A stretch of 64,000 nucleotides of DNA, from positions 4,640,001 to 4,704,000 of the forward strand of contig JBKAGP010000001.1 in the NCBI GenBank assembly GCA_046290465.1. The letters run 5' to 3'. A model generated the notes under the pieces. That model was given only the letters and a program-made list of their open reading frames with translations, made no database searches and was not told the origin of the DNA. Origin of the DNA: Planctomycetota bacterium. Lineage in GTDB: Bacteria; Planctomycetota; UBA1135; UBA2386. The position numbers were made by a program, and so were the translations under genes. Positions 41,772-50,626 of the stretch are shown piece by piece (position 1 is the stretch's first letter; each line of letters opens with the position of its first letter).

Positions 41772-42820
41772 CGCCGCGGGAACCGCACCAGCCAGGCCTC
41801 GGGGCCGTCGCGCCGCTCCGACGCGACGAAGACCACGTCGCCGTCGGGCGCGAAGCAGATCGCCTCGCGCTGCGGCAGGATCGGCGTCGTGCCCGCGGGC
41901 AGCGTGCGCGGCGCGCGCTCCGGCAGATCGACCGTGAACGGCACCTGCAGCTGCATCGGGCGCTGCGCGAACGCGTCGCGCCAGCTTGCGTCACCGGCGC
42001 GGGTGTAGACGTAGGCGTGGCGGTTGGTCAGCAGCACGGCCTGGTCGCCGAGCAGGTCGAGTGCGGTCGGGTTGCGGCGCCAGGACGTCTGGTAGAGGTG
42101 TCGCGAGGCCAGGTCGTCGGGCTGTCGATCCCACGGGTCGAGGTCCGGCAGCGCAATCGACGTCCAGTCGGCAGCCGTCGGTGCATGGTGGTCGCGGTCG
42201 AGGTCGAGCACCAGCAGCCGCTTGTCGGCCGCGCGCTTCTCGACCAGCAGGACCTGCCGCCGCACCGCGTCGACCGCGACCGACTCGATATCCCGGATCG
42301 GTTCGCACGGCAGCTCGAACGTGATCGTGCGCAGCACGTCGACCTTCTTCTGCTTGGGCGAGGGCTCGCGCAGCACGTGCAGCTGGCCCACCTGGGCGCC
42401 GTCGTGGCGACGCGCGACCGTCTGCTCGCGGTTGGTGCCGACGTCGGCGATCAGCAAGAACGGCACGCCGCCGTCCTCGAACCAGGCCAGGTCCTCCCAG
42501 TCGAAGCGATCGACTCCGCGCACGTCGACCTTGCGCACCTTGACGCCGTCGTCGCGCACGCGGATCGAGAACAGCTTGGTGGCCGTGTCCGAGATCGCCC
42601 ACAGCGTGTGCTGGTGGGCGCGCGACGCCGCGAGTCCGCTGATCCCGCGCAGCTCGTCGTCGTGCGGCATCAGGTCGGCGACCACCTGCTGCGGCCCGAA
42701 CGGGGCGGCGGCCAACGGGCGGCCGTCGAGCGTGTCGATCAGCCCCGCGCCGGGTGCTCGTCGGCAGGCGGCCGACAGCGAAGCGACGGCCAGCAGAACG
42801 GCGATCGTTCGGCGTGCCAT
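41768..42820 (-). CDS. Lipoprotein with beta-propeller-like repeats
   Basis: Lipobox SAAC; ISGLAAS, DWEDLA, IADVGTN, DIESVA, QREAICF. Confidence 0.75.
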   Translation of the reverse strand: MARRTIAVLLAVASLSAACRRAPGAGLIDTLDGRPLAAAPFGPQQVVADLMPHDDELRGISGLAASRAHQHTLWAISDTATKLFSIRVRDDGVKVRKVDVRGVDRFDWEDLAWFEDGGVPFLLIADVGTNREQTVARRHDGAQVGQLHVLREPSPKQKKVDVLRTITFELPCEPIRDIESVAVDAVRRQVLLVEKRAADKRLLVLDLDRDHHAPTAADWTSIALPDLDPWDRQPDDLASRHLYQTSWRRNPTALDLLGDQAVLLTNRHAYVYTRAGDASWRDAFAQRPMQLQVPFTVDLPERAPRTLPAGTTPILPQREAICFAPDGDVVFVASERRDGPEAWLVRFPRR

Positions 42821-42824
42821 CGGG

Positions 42825-43034
42825 CTAGTCGCAGCCCGGTTCCTCGTGCAGCAGCGCGAGGTCGTTGCACGCGTTCCACAGCAGCACCATCGCCTGCTTG
42901 ACGTTGGCGGTGGCGACCGGCGGCAGGTCGTCGCGGGCGCTGAGCGTCTTGAGGCGCGCGTAGAGCCCGACGAGCTCCTTCTCGTCGGCCGTCATCTCGT
43001 TGCCGAGCAGGTCCTTGGTCGGTTCGTTCATCAC
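42825..43034 (-). CDS. Small hypothetical protein
   Basis: AGGA RBS, typical codon usage, 20 bp after the CoA ligase. Confidence 0.7.
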   Translation of the reverse strand: MMNEPTKDLLGNEMTADEKELVGLYARLKTLSARDDLPPVATANVKQAMVLLWNACNDLALLHEEPGCD

Positions 43035-43054
43035 GGTTTCCTGGTAGCGGTCGC

Positions 43055-44398
43055 TCAGTATTGGGGGCGGAGGTCCTGCAGGCGCTTGGCCTTCAGCTCG
43101 AAGCGCGGCAGCTCGCCGTCGTTGGCCAGTTCGACGTTGAAGCGAAGGCCCTCGTGCGCGTCGGCGAGGTCCTTGCCGAGCTGGGCCTGCAGCTTGGGCC
43201 AGGTGTCCTTGCGGTCGGGCTTGAGCTCGACCTTGACGGTGATCTCGTCCTGCACGTCGTCGCGGCGCGAGATGATGATCTGGAACTCCTCGACCTCGCC
43301 GTGCTCGCGAACGACCGCCTCGACCGCGCGCGGGTAGACGTTGGTGCCGCGGATCAGCTTCATGTCGTCGACCCGGCCGAGGATGCCGCCCTCGTAGATG
43401 TCGCCGGTGCGCCCGCAGTCGCAGGTCGTGTGCGGCACCTTGCAGACGAGGTCCTTGGTCTTGTAGCGGAGCAGCGGGATGAAGCCGCGACCGAACGACG
43501 TCACGACGCGTTCGCCGCGTTCGCCGTAGCCGACCGGCTCACCGCTGTCGGGGTCGAGCACCTCCTCGATGAAGTGGTCCTCGATGATGTGCGGGCCGCC
43601 GGGCTGGTGGTCGCACTCGAAGATCATGATCGTGCCGATCTCGGTCATGCCGGCGGTGTCGCCGCACTTGCCGCCCCACATGTCCTCGATCATCTGCTTG
43701 ACCGCCGGGATCGAACCGGCCGGTTCGCCCGAGACGACGACGCGGCGCACCTTGCCGTCCTTCTTGAGGTCGATGCCCATCTTCTCGGCGGCCTGGCCCA
43801 TGCGCAGCGCATAGGTCGGCGTCGCGCACACGACCGTGACGCCCAGCTCGACGATCTGCTTGACGCGCTGCTCGGTGGTCATGTTGCCGGACGCGAGCGT
43901 CAGCGTGCCCATCTTCTCGCAGCAGTAGTGCGCGCCCCAGAAGCCGATGAAGGAGCCGTAGCTGAACGCGAAGAACACCTTGTCCGTCGGTCGGATGCCG
44001 AAGCCCCAAAAGCCGTAGCACCACATGTCGGCGATCCACGACCAGTCCTTGCGCCCGTCGAGCACGCGCAGCGGCTGGCGGCCGGACGTTCCGGACGTGA
44101 GGTGGTAGCGGATCGCTTCGTGCTCGGGTCGCGTGATCATGTCGCCGAACAGCGGCTGTTGCGCCTGGCACTCCATCCAGTCCTCGCGCGTCATGAACGG
44201 CAACCGCCGGATGTCGTCGAGCGTGCGGATCTGCGCCGGCGTGACGCCGGCCTGCTCGTAGAGGCGGCGGTGGAACGGCGACGTGTACCAGGCGCGATCG
44301 ACCAGCCGTTGCAGCTTGGTCAGCTGCAGGGCGCGCAGCTGTTCCTTCGGCAGGGTCTCGGTCTTGGGGTTCCAGAACGGCGATTCACTGACGGGCAC
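43055..44398 (-). CDS. Phenylacetate-CoA ligase family protein (PaaK-like)
   Basis: TSGTSG, SGEP, GMTEIG, LLRYKTKD, GRVDDMKLIRGTNVYP; GGAGG RBS before GTG 44398. Confidence 0.92.
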   Translation of the reverse strand: MPVSESPFWNPKTETLPKEQLRALQLTKLQRLVDRAWYTSPFHRRLYEQAGVTPAQIRTLDDIRRLPFMTREDWMECQAQQPLFGDMITRPEHEAIRYHLTSGTSGRQPLRVLDGRKDWSWIADMWCYGFWGFGIRPTDKVFFAFSYGSFIGFWGAHYCCEKMGTLTLASGNMTTEQRVKQIVELGVTVVCATPTYALRMGQAAEKMGIDLKKDGKVRRVVVSGEPAGSIPAVKQMIEDMWGGKCGDTAGMTEIGTIMIFECDHQPGGPHIIEDHFIEEVLDPDSGEPVGYGERGERVVTSFGRGFIPLLRYKTKDLVCKVPHTTCDCGRTGDIYEGGILGRVDDMKLIRGTNVYPRAVEAVVREHGEVEEFQIIISRRDDVQDEITVKVELKPDRKDTWPKLQAQLGKDLADAHEGLRFNVELANDGELPRFELKAKRLQDLRPQY

Positions 44399-44815
44399 GG
44401 AGAGCCTCCCTGGGGTTCGAGTGGGGGCGGCAGCGTAGGTGCAGGAACGCGCGGGTGCGAGCTTCGAGCGGATGGCGAACCGGCGCCGCGGCAGGCCGCG
44501 CGGTTGGTTTCGCAGGATGCTCGACCAGGCGAGTCGCACTCGTCGAGGTGGGTCGAAGTGCCGAGCGAGCGGAGAGTTGGAATATCGGACGGCGAACCCC
44601 GTCTGAGCGGGGCTGGCAGCCATCCCGACGCCTTGGAGGGTTGGCGGAGAGTTGGCGTCATGGCGCCAATACGCAGAACGCCAATCGACCGGGCGATCCG
44701 CTCGTCGAGCGCGACGCATCCGGACCTCGAAGCGGGGGCGTGACCGCTGCGGATTTCGCATGGATTCGTCGTCCCCCTTCTTGTCACGCGCGGCGTCACG
44801 CCGCAGGATTTGTCG

Positions 44816-45037
44816 ATGGAAGAAAGCGATCTACCGCGTTCGATGTTCGATGTGCCCGGTAGGCGCCCGGCCCGGTCGGATGATCGCGCGCGGCCTGGTG
44901 AGCCTTCGTCGCAACGGCTCGGCGATCTCTGGATCGAGTCGCGCCCGCAGCCCAACGTCAGCGATCTGGGCAGGGCCTTCTTCACGATCGATGACCATGG
45001 CACGGTCGTGCCGACCCGTCGCCGTGATCGCGACTGA
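44816..45037 (+). CDS. Possible small hypothetical protein
   Basis: 73-codon ORF in an otherwise empty gap; no recognisable motif. Confidence 0.3.
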   Translation: MEESDLPRSMFDVPGRRPARSDDRARPGEPSSQRLGDLWIESRPQPNVSDLGRAFFTIDDHGTVVPTRRRDRD

Positions 45038-45093
45038 ACGACGTTGCCTGCGGCGGGCGCTCACGCCGAGCTGACCGGCGGTGGTAGGCGGCG

Positions 45094-46122
45094 TCAGCCG
45101 TGGTTGCTCGCCGCGCGCCCGCTCCGGAATCCGGGGTGGTTGCGAAGCGCGAAGTCGAGCCGCCCCCACTGGCAGTTCCGCGTCAGGGAGTGCAACACCG
45201 CGACCTGGTCCTGGAAGTCCCTTCGATGCGACCAATAGGTGTGCGTCACCCCGAGGTCCTCAAGGCGATCACACATCTCGCGTTGATTGGGAACGGCGCC
45301 GGGAGCGACCGAGGGCAGCATGGCCAGGTGCCCACCGCTGACGCGTCGGACCTGCGCAGCCAGTCGCAGCAGCTTGCGTACCGACGGGTCGGTGAAGCCG
45401 AATCCGTAGAACAGGCAGCGGTGCTGTGAGAACGTCGCGACCTGGAGCGAGTTCTGCCAGATGTCGGCGATCCCACCGCGAACCTCGTAGTCCTCGGCGG
45501 ACATCGTCAACGGTTGCTTGCGCAGGTCCTCCTCGAACTCGTCCGCCAACTGGCTCGCATCGACCGGAACCAGCCCGTGTGGGTGCAGGATGCGCACCTT
45601 CGGGAGGTCTCGAGCCGGGCGCTGTTCGGGTTCGAACACGACCTCGCGGTATGGCGCGGTCTCGCCGAGCACCGGTACCAGCGCGATCGCCTGGAAGCCC
45701 AGGCGTGCGATCGACAGTTCGAGCAGGCAGTCGACGTTGTAGGTGATCACGTGCGCCTGGCTGCGGGGCGCGCGCCACGCGATCTCGGCCGAGATCGCGG
45801 CCAGGTGCCGCACCGCGAAGAACGGCCAGGTGGTATCGGAGAGCACGAAGTTGTCTCCGTAGAGCGCGTCTCGGAGCGCCCGCCGGTAGCTCGCTTCGGA
45901 GCCGTTGCCGCGAACGCACTCGATGGCCCAGCTGGGCTCGACGTTGCAGCGTTGCAGCGAATCGCTGCCGCGAATGGCCTGCGCCAGATACGCAGCCAAC
46001 GTGTTCCAGTCGGGCAGCTGCGCATCCATGCTGGCGCCGGCACCGATGGCCAGGCGCAGGTCTCCCTCGTTGATCGCGGCGTCGCCGATCGACGCGAGTT
46101 CGCTGGCGGCGACTTCGCTCAT
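45094..46122 (-). CDS. Stand-alone SIR2-like (SIR2_2) protein, putative NADase effector
   Basis: LAIGAGAS..LPDW..L, ITYNVDCLLE, ILHPHG, DY, LFYGFGFTDPSVRKLL. Confidence 0.9.
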   Translation of the reverse strand: MSEVAASELASIGDAAINEGDLRLAIGAGASMDAQLPDWNTLAAYLAQAIRGSDSLQRCNVEPSWAIECVRGNGSEASYRRALRDALYGDNFVLSDTTWPFFAVRHLAAISAEIAWRAPRSQAHVITYNVDCLLELSIARLGFQAIALVPVLGETAPYREVVFEPEQRPARDLPKVRILHPHGLVPVDASQLADEFEEDLRKQPLTMSAEDYEVRGGIADIWQNSLQVATFSQHRCLFYGFGFTDPSVRKLLRLAAQVRRVSGGHLAMLPSVAPGAVPNQREMCDRLEDLGVTHTYWSHRRDFQDQVAVLHSLTRNCQWGRLDFALRNHPGFRSGRAASNHG

Positions 46123-49100
46123 AGCTCTGCCTCACCCTCCTGTCCCCGCGAACGGGGTTCCGGTGCCGTTCCGTGACGGGTACTCGTCTGCTGACTTGCG
46201 GCAGCGATGTTCTCGTCCGCCTGCGTCCGGTCCCCGAGCCGGGCGCTCGCTTGGATCGACGCGTTGCCGATGGCTCTGCGGATGCTCGGCTGCAGGGCGA
46301 TCATCGAGCCATAGAACGACGCGACATGACGGGCCCATTGCGCGGTGGTCGCGTCGGACACGAAGAACAGCCGACCTCTCTGGCACACGACGGCTTCGGA
46401 CGGATCGAGTGGCGGGCTGTGCGCATCGGCCATGCGCGCGGGCGGCAGGCGAAGTCGATCGTAGTCGGCGAATCTCGCGTCGTTCTCGCGCACCGGCTCG
46501 CGGATCCGTTCGTCCTCGTCGAGGTAGCCGCTGGTCACGGTCACGTTGTGGGTGTTGTTGAGCAGGAAGTCGCGGATGTCGCGCAGCCTTGCCCTCGCCG
46601 TAGCCCAGTGGCTGCGGGCCAGCGCCGCCGGCTTGCTGACCTTGACGGTTCCGGCCAGTCGCTCCTGCACGTATCGACGGCTGTCGCGGAAGAAGCTGGC
46701 GGCCATTCGCAGCACCCTCGGCGAACGAAGCCAGCCACACGCCTCGATCTGGTCGCCGACGAACTTGTCCCACGCGTTCTTCTCGAACAGATCGTGTAGC
46801 TGGCCGCGGCCGCCTGGATGCACGAGGCACTCCTTGTAGAGGCGCTCCCGCAGCAGCATGGCGCTGGCGCGCAGACGGTCCCGGATCCGGACCCAGCGGT
46901 CGAACTCCTCCCGATCATTGAGGTCTCCGTCGGCGTTGGGCTCGTCGGCCGACGCCGCGAGATCGCGGCAGAACTCGCCGAACAAGATGCGCATCACCAG
47001 GGTCAGAACGGTCTCCTGCTCGTAGGTCGTCCGTGCCGCGCCGCGGTCGTTCGCCTCCGAGTCGAGGCTCGAGGCGCGGATCTGGCAGGCGTCGTTCCTC
47101 AGCAGGCCCTGCAGCAACAGGGAGCGTGCCAGGGTCGCCGTGTCGACCTCGAGCAGCAGGCTGGCCAGGTAGAAGTTGGCTCCCAGCAGCAGCCGCTTCG
47201 AGTCCGTCGCGTCCGAGCACTCACGCAGATCGTGGTAGGCCTCGGCGAGCTGTCGCAGGTCCACGCTGCCTCCAGGGTCGTTGCCCTCGGGGTTGGGCCG
47301 GCCCTGCACGTCGAACTCGTTGAGGACCTCGAGGAACATCGTGGCGACGTGTGAGGCGAGTTCGTCGAAGAACAGGGGCTGCTCGACGATCGCGATGGGG
47401 ACGCGCAGCAGCACGACGTCGACCTGCAGGCTCGCCTGGCTCACGGGCTCCCCTACGGTGGCGATGCATGCCCGAGGCGGATCCAGCAGCGTGCCGACCA
47501 TCGTCCATCCAACCAGTGTGGCGATGCTGCGGATCTGCTCGAGGTTGCCTGGACGGCGCAGGTTCAGGTCCGCGTTCGAATCGATGGGGGCGACGCTCCA
47601 ATGCGGTGCCGACAGCACGGTCCGGACCGCGGCGAGGGTCTCGCCGATGTCCTGACTCAGGTGGCGCAGCCTCTGCTCGACGGCCTTTCGCCGGGTGGAG
47701 GCCGGGTTCTCGTGAAGGTCGCGCAGCCTGGCCGCCAGGCGACGCAGGTAGTCGACCAGCGACGAAACGACCGGTCGCAGCTCCACCGTGCCCTCCCACA
47801 GCCACATCGAGTCCCAGGTCCAGCGGAGCACGGAGACCGTGTTGATGACCTGTTCCGTGTCTTCGTACGTGACCTGCAGCACGCGCAGCAGGTTGCGCAT
47901 CTCGGCAGGGCCGTTGGGTGCCAGCTGGTTCCAGTTGGAGCCGAACAGGTGGCGGCGCGGATCCTCGTCGACGTGGTCCTTGGGCACGTCGTCGCAATCG
48001 CTCGACGCACTGGTCGAGATCGACGATGCCGACGCGAAGAAGTCCTGGCGCCCGCGTCCGTCCGATCGCGTTGCACCCCGGAACAGTCGCGTCCTGAGCA
48101 TCGTGGTCAGGGCTGCAGCCGCAATCGCATCGACGTGGTTGCCGTCTGCGTCGTCGGACTTCTTGCCGATCGGGTGGATGTCGAACGCGGGTGACGACGT
48201 GTCGTAGCCGCCGACGTTGAAGCTGGTGTTGCGTTCGGCCTGCTCGTGTTCGTCGAAGAACTGCAGGAACGGCTTCTCGTGGCCCGGGTTGATACAGAAG
48301 TGCGTTCGGCACGTCACGCGCGGGCCCTTGGGCTTGCTGCTGCGTCGCCCGGCGCGATGTGACTGACGCGAGAGATCTTCCGAGACGCGGTTCGCCGATT
48401 CCTGCAACTGCTCGAGTGTGGCATCGGGGCGCAGCCCCGCGGCCGCAGCGGCAGCTGCACTCTCGATTGCGTAGTCGAACCCCAGCGTCGAGGAGGTGAC
48501 GAGTGCGGTATGAGCGCTTGCCTGCTTGCCGACGGGCACCTGCGACCTGCGTACGCGCAGGATGAGGTCGAGCAGAGGGTGCAGATCGCTGGCGTGGGCG
48601 ACGAGCACCACTTCGTGCCACGAGAGCGACAGGCCGAGCGCGGCACGCGTCTGGTCCGACTTCCGTCGCCCGGGTTGCTCGTTGCGCCAGGCCTGCACCG
48701 TTTGCGCGATCGAACGCACGGCTTCGTGGGTTCGGCTGTTCTGGTTCTTGCTCCAGGTCGAGTAGGGGGAGAGCTTGATCTGGACGATCGCGAGGAAGCG
48801 GTCGCCTGCGTCCTTCGGCTGCTCATGGCTGGAGGCCTTGCCCACCGATTGCAGGTAGTGCGCGTTGCAGTCCTCGTCACCGGTGCCGAGCTTGGGCAGG
48901 AACAGCGAGAACTCGCTCTGCCGGACCTCCAGTTCTGGCGCTGCCGGCAGTGGTGTCAGGCTCGGGCTGAGGTAGACCGCGGCCAGATCGTACGAACCCC
49001 AGAGGCTGTACAGGGATGGCACGTAGGTCGGGGTCGACGCGGTGCTCGCACGTTGGTCGATACCCGTTGCCGATAGCTTGTCCAGAGTGGGTTCGTCGAT

Positions 49101-49286
49101 GCCGAGTCGCAGAGCGAGGTCACGCTTGCGCCGGATCGGGACCTCTTGGATACGTTTGAAAACGGCTTCGGCGGTCTTGTCGTAGTCCGCCGCCGCGTCT
49201 CCGTTCGTAAGGCGTCGCAGGGACGGCTGCAGCAGCCGTGCGTGCAAGAAGCTGTCGTGATACTCGAACGCATTGCGTCGCGACAT
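46119..49286 (-). CDS. Large hypothetical protein (~1055 aa) coupled to SIR2
   Basis: 3.2-kb open frame; GGAGG before ATG 49286 (track extends to 49337); stop overlaps the SIR2 start (ATGA). Confidence 0.85.
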   Translation of the reverse strand: MSRRNAFEYHDSFLHARLLQPSLRRLTNGDAAADYDKTAEAVFKRIQEVPIRRKRDLALRLGIDEPTLDKLSATGIDQRASTASTPTYVPSLYSLWGSYDLAAVYLSPSLTPLPAAPELEVRQSEFSLFLPKLGTGDEDCNAHYLQSVGKASSHEQPKDAGDRFLAIVQIKLSPYSTWSKNQNSRTHEAVRSIAQTVQAWRNEQPGRRKSDQTRAALGLSLSWHEVVLVAHASDLHPLLDLILRVRRSQVPVGKQASAHTALVTSSTLGFDYAIESAAAAAAAGLRPDATLEQLQESANRVSEDLSRQSHRAGRRSSKPKGPRVTCRTHFCINPGHEKPFLQFFDEHEQAERNTSFNVGGYDTSSPAFDIHPIGKKSDDADGNHVDAIAAAALTTMLRTRLFRGATRSDGRGRQDFFASASSISTSASSDCDDVPKDHVDEDPRRHLFGSNWNQLAPNGPAEMRNLLRVLQVTYEDTEQVINTVSVLRWTWDSMWLWEGTVELRPVVSSLVDYLRRLAARLRDLHENPASTRRKAVEQRLRHLSQDIGETLAAVRTVLSAPHWSVAPIDSNADLNLRRPGNLEQIRSIATLVGWTMVGTLLDPPRACIATVGEPVSQASLQVDVVLLRVPIAIVEQPLFFDELASHVATMFLEVLNEFDVQGRPNPEGNDPGGSVDLRQLAEAYHDLRECSDATDSKRLLLGANFYLASLLLEVDTATLARSLLLQGLLRNDACQIRASSLDSEANDRGAARTTYEQETVLTLVMRILFGEFCRDLAASADEPNADGDLNDREEFDRWVRIRDRLRASAMLLRERLYKECLVHPGGRGQLHDLFEKNAWDKFVGDQIEACGWLRSPRVLRMAASFFRDSRRYVQERLAGTVKVSKPAALARSHWATARARLRDIRDFLLNNTHNVTVTSGYLDEDERIREPVRENDARFADYDRLRLPPARMADAHSPPLDPSEAVVCQRGRLFFVSDATTAQWARHVASFYGSMIALQPSIRRAIGNASIQASARLGDRTQADENIAAASQQTSTRHGTAPEPRSRGQEGEAEL

Positions 49287-49495
49287 GTGGACTCGATCCT
49301 CCACGGCCACTGTCGTCGCAGGTCGTGTCGGATGCAAGTTGCGGGCATCTGCTCGTACGAAACCGTTGGGTATGGACCCATGCGCCGTACATCCACATGT
49401 GTGTCAGCCGCACGCCTGCAAGCGTCCGCCCAGGCACCGCCCGACGGCCATGGCCGCGCGCCACGATCGCCGTAACCCGTTCCGGGTGCGGACCC

Positions 49496-50587
49496 TCAGA
49501 AGCCGAAGCCGGTCGTGCGCAGCCGCATCCGCAGCAGGTAGCTGTCGGCGGTGACGAACAGCGTCGCGCCGTCCTCGCCGAACGCACAGTTGCTGGTCGC
49601 CTCGCCAGTGCGCAGCGTGCCGAGGTGGCGGCCGTCGGGCGTGATCACCAGCACCCCGCCGGGACCGGTCGCGAACAGCACGCCGTTGCGGTCGACCTTC
49701 AAGCCGTCCGGCAGACCCTTCTCGCGGCCGACCATCGACGTCGCGTCGAACAGCACGCGACCTTCGCCGAGCGTGCCGTCGGCCGCCACCGGGAACGCCA
49801 TCCAGATCGCGCGCTTCGGATCCGAGTTGGCGACGTACAGCGTGCGCTGGTCCGGCGAGAACGCGATCCCGTTGGGGCGCGACATCGCCTTCGTCAGCAG
49901 CGTCACCGTGCCGTCCCTGGCGCAGCGGTAGACCCCCTGGAACGGCAGGTCCTTGCTCGGATCCTCCATCTTGCGGGTCAGGCCGTATGGCGGGTCGGTG
50001 AAGTACAGGTCGCCATTGCGATGGAGCGTCGCGTCGTTGGGGCTGTTGAAGCGCTTGCCGTCGAACCGCTCCGCGATCGGCGCGTAGCTCGCCTTCGGCG
50101 CGTCGAGCGGCGCGCGCATGCGGCCGACCTGGCGTTCGCCGTGCTGGCACAGCACCAGACGTCCCTCGGGATCGAGCAGCAGGCCGTTGGAGCCGGGTTC
50201 GTCCGGCGCGATGTGTCGCGGCCGCGGCGTCGGGCCGAGGTAGCCGCTCTTGTCGAGGTAGACGCTGGTGCCTTCGCCGGCCTGCCATCGGATCACGCGG
50301 TTCGGCGGGATGTCCGAGAACAACACGTAGCCGCCGTCCTGCGGGATCCACAGCGGCCCCTCCGCCCATTCGAAGCCCTCGGCGAGCACGTCGAAGCGCG
50401 CGTCTTTCGCGACCAGGGCGTCGAGCTCTGGCGACAGCCGCTCGACCTCGCCGAGCGGGCGGAGCACGTCGCTGGTCGCGCAGGCGGCCAGCAGCGACAT
50501 GAGGGCCAGCAGCGGCATGAGGGGCAGCAGCGGCACGGGGGTCGGCTGGGACAGCGGAGAGTGGGCGGCGAGGCGTGGTGTGGGCAC
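49496..50587 (-). CDS. SMP-30/gluconolactonase family lipoprotein
   Basis: EGPLW, FSDIP, GSNGL, NSPND, YFTDPPYG, PNGIAFSPD, PDGLKVD; lipobox LAAC. Confidence 0.95.
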   Translation of the reverse strand: MPTPRLAAHSPLSQPTPVPLLPLMPLLALMSLLAACATSDVLRPLGEVERLSPELDALVAKDARFDVLAEGFEWAEGPLWIPQDGGYVLFSDIPPNRVIRWQAGEGTSVYLDKSGYLGPTPRPRHIAPDEPGSNGLLLDPEGRLVLCQHGERQVGRMRAPLDAPKASYAPIAERFDGKRFNSPNDATLHRNGDLYFTDPPYGLTRKMEDPSKDLPFQGVYRCARDGTVTLLTKAMSRPNGIAFSPDQRTLYVANSDPKRAIWMAFPVAADGTLGEGRVLFDATSMVGREKGLPDGLKVDRNGVLFATGPGGVLVITPDGRHLGTLRTGEATSNCAFGEDGATLFVTADSYLLRMRLRTTGFGF

Positions 50588-50626
50588 GCCGCCATTCGAT
50601 CCGGGTCGTTGCGCGGTTGCCAGACG

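Noticed and set aside
44410..44470. tRNA as an integration site for the SIR2 module (GGTTCGA)
   Set aside because: No cloverleaf or acceptor stem can be formed
50488..50540. 18-bp repeats in the gluconolactonase signal peptide (also a 12-bp doublet near 55681-55706)
   Set aside because: Short slippage duplications with no evident function
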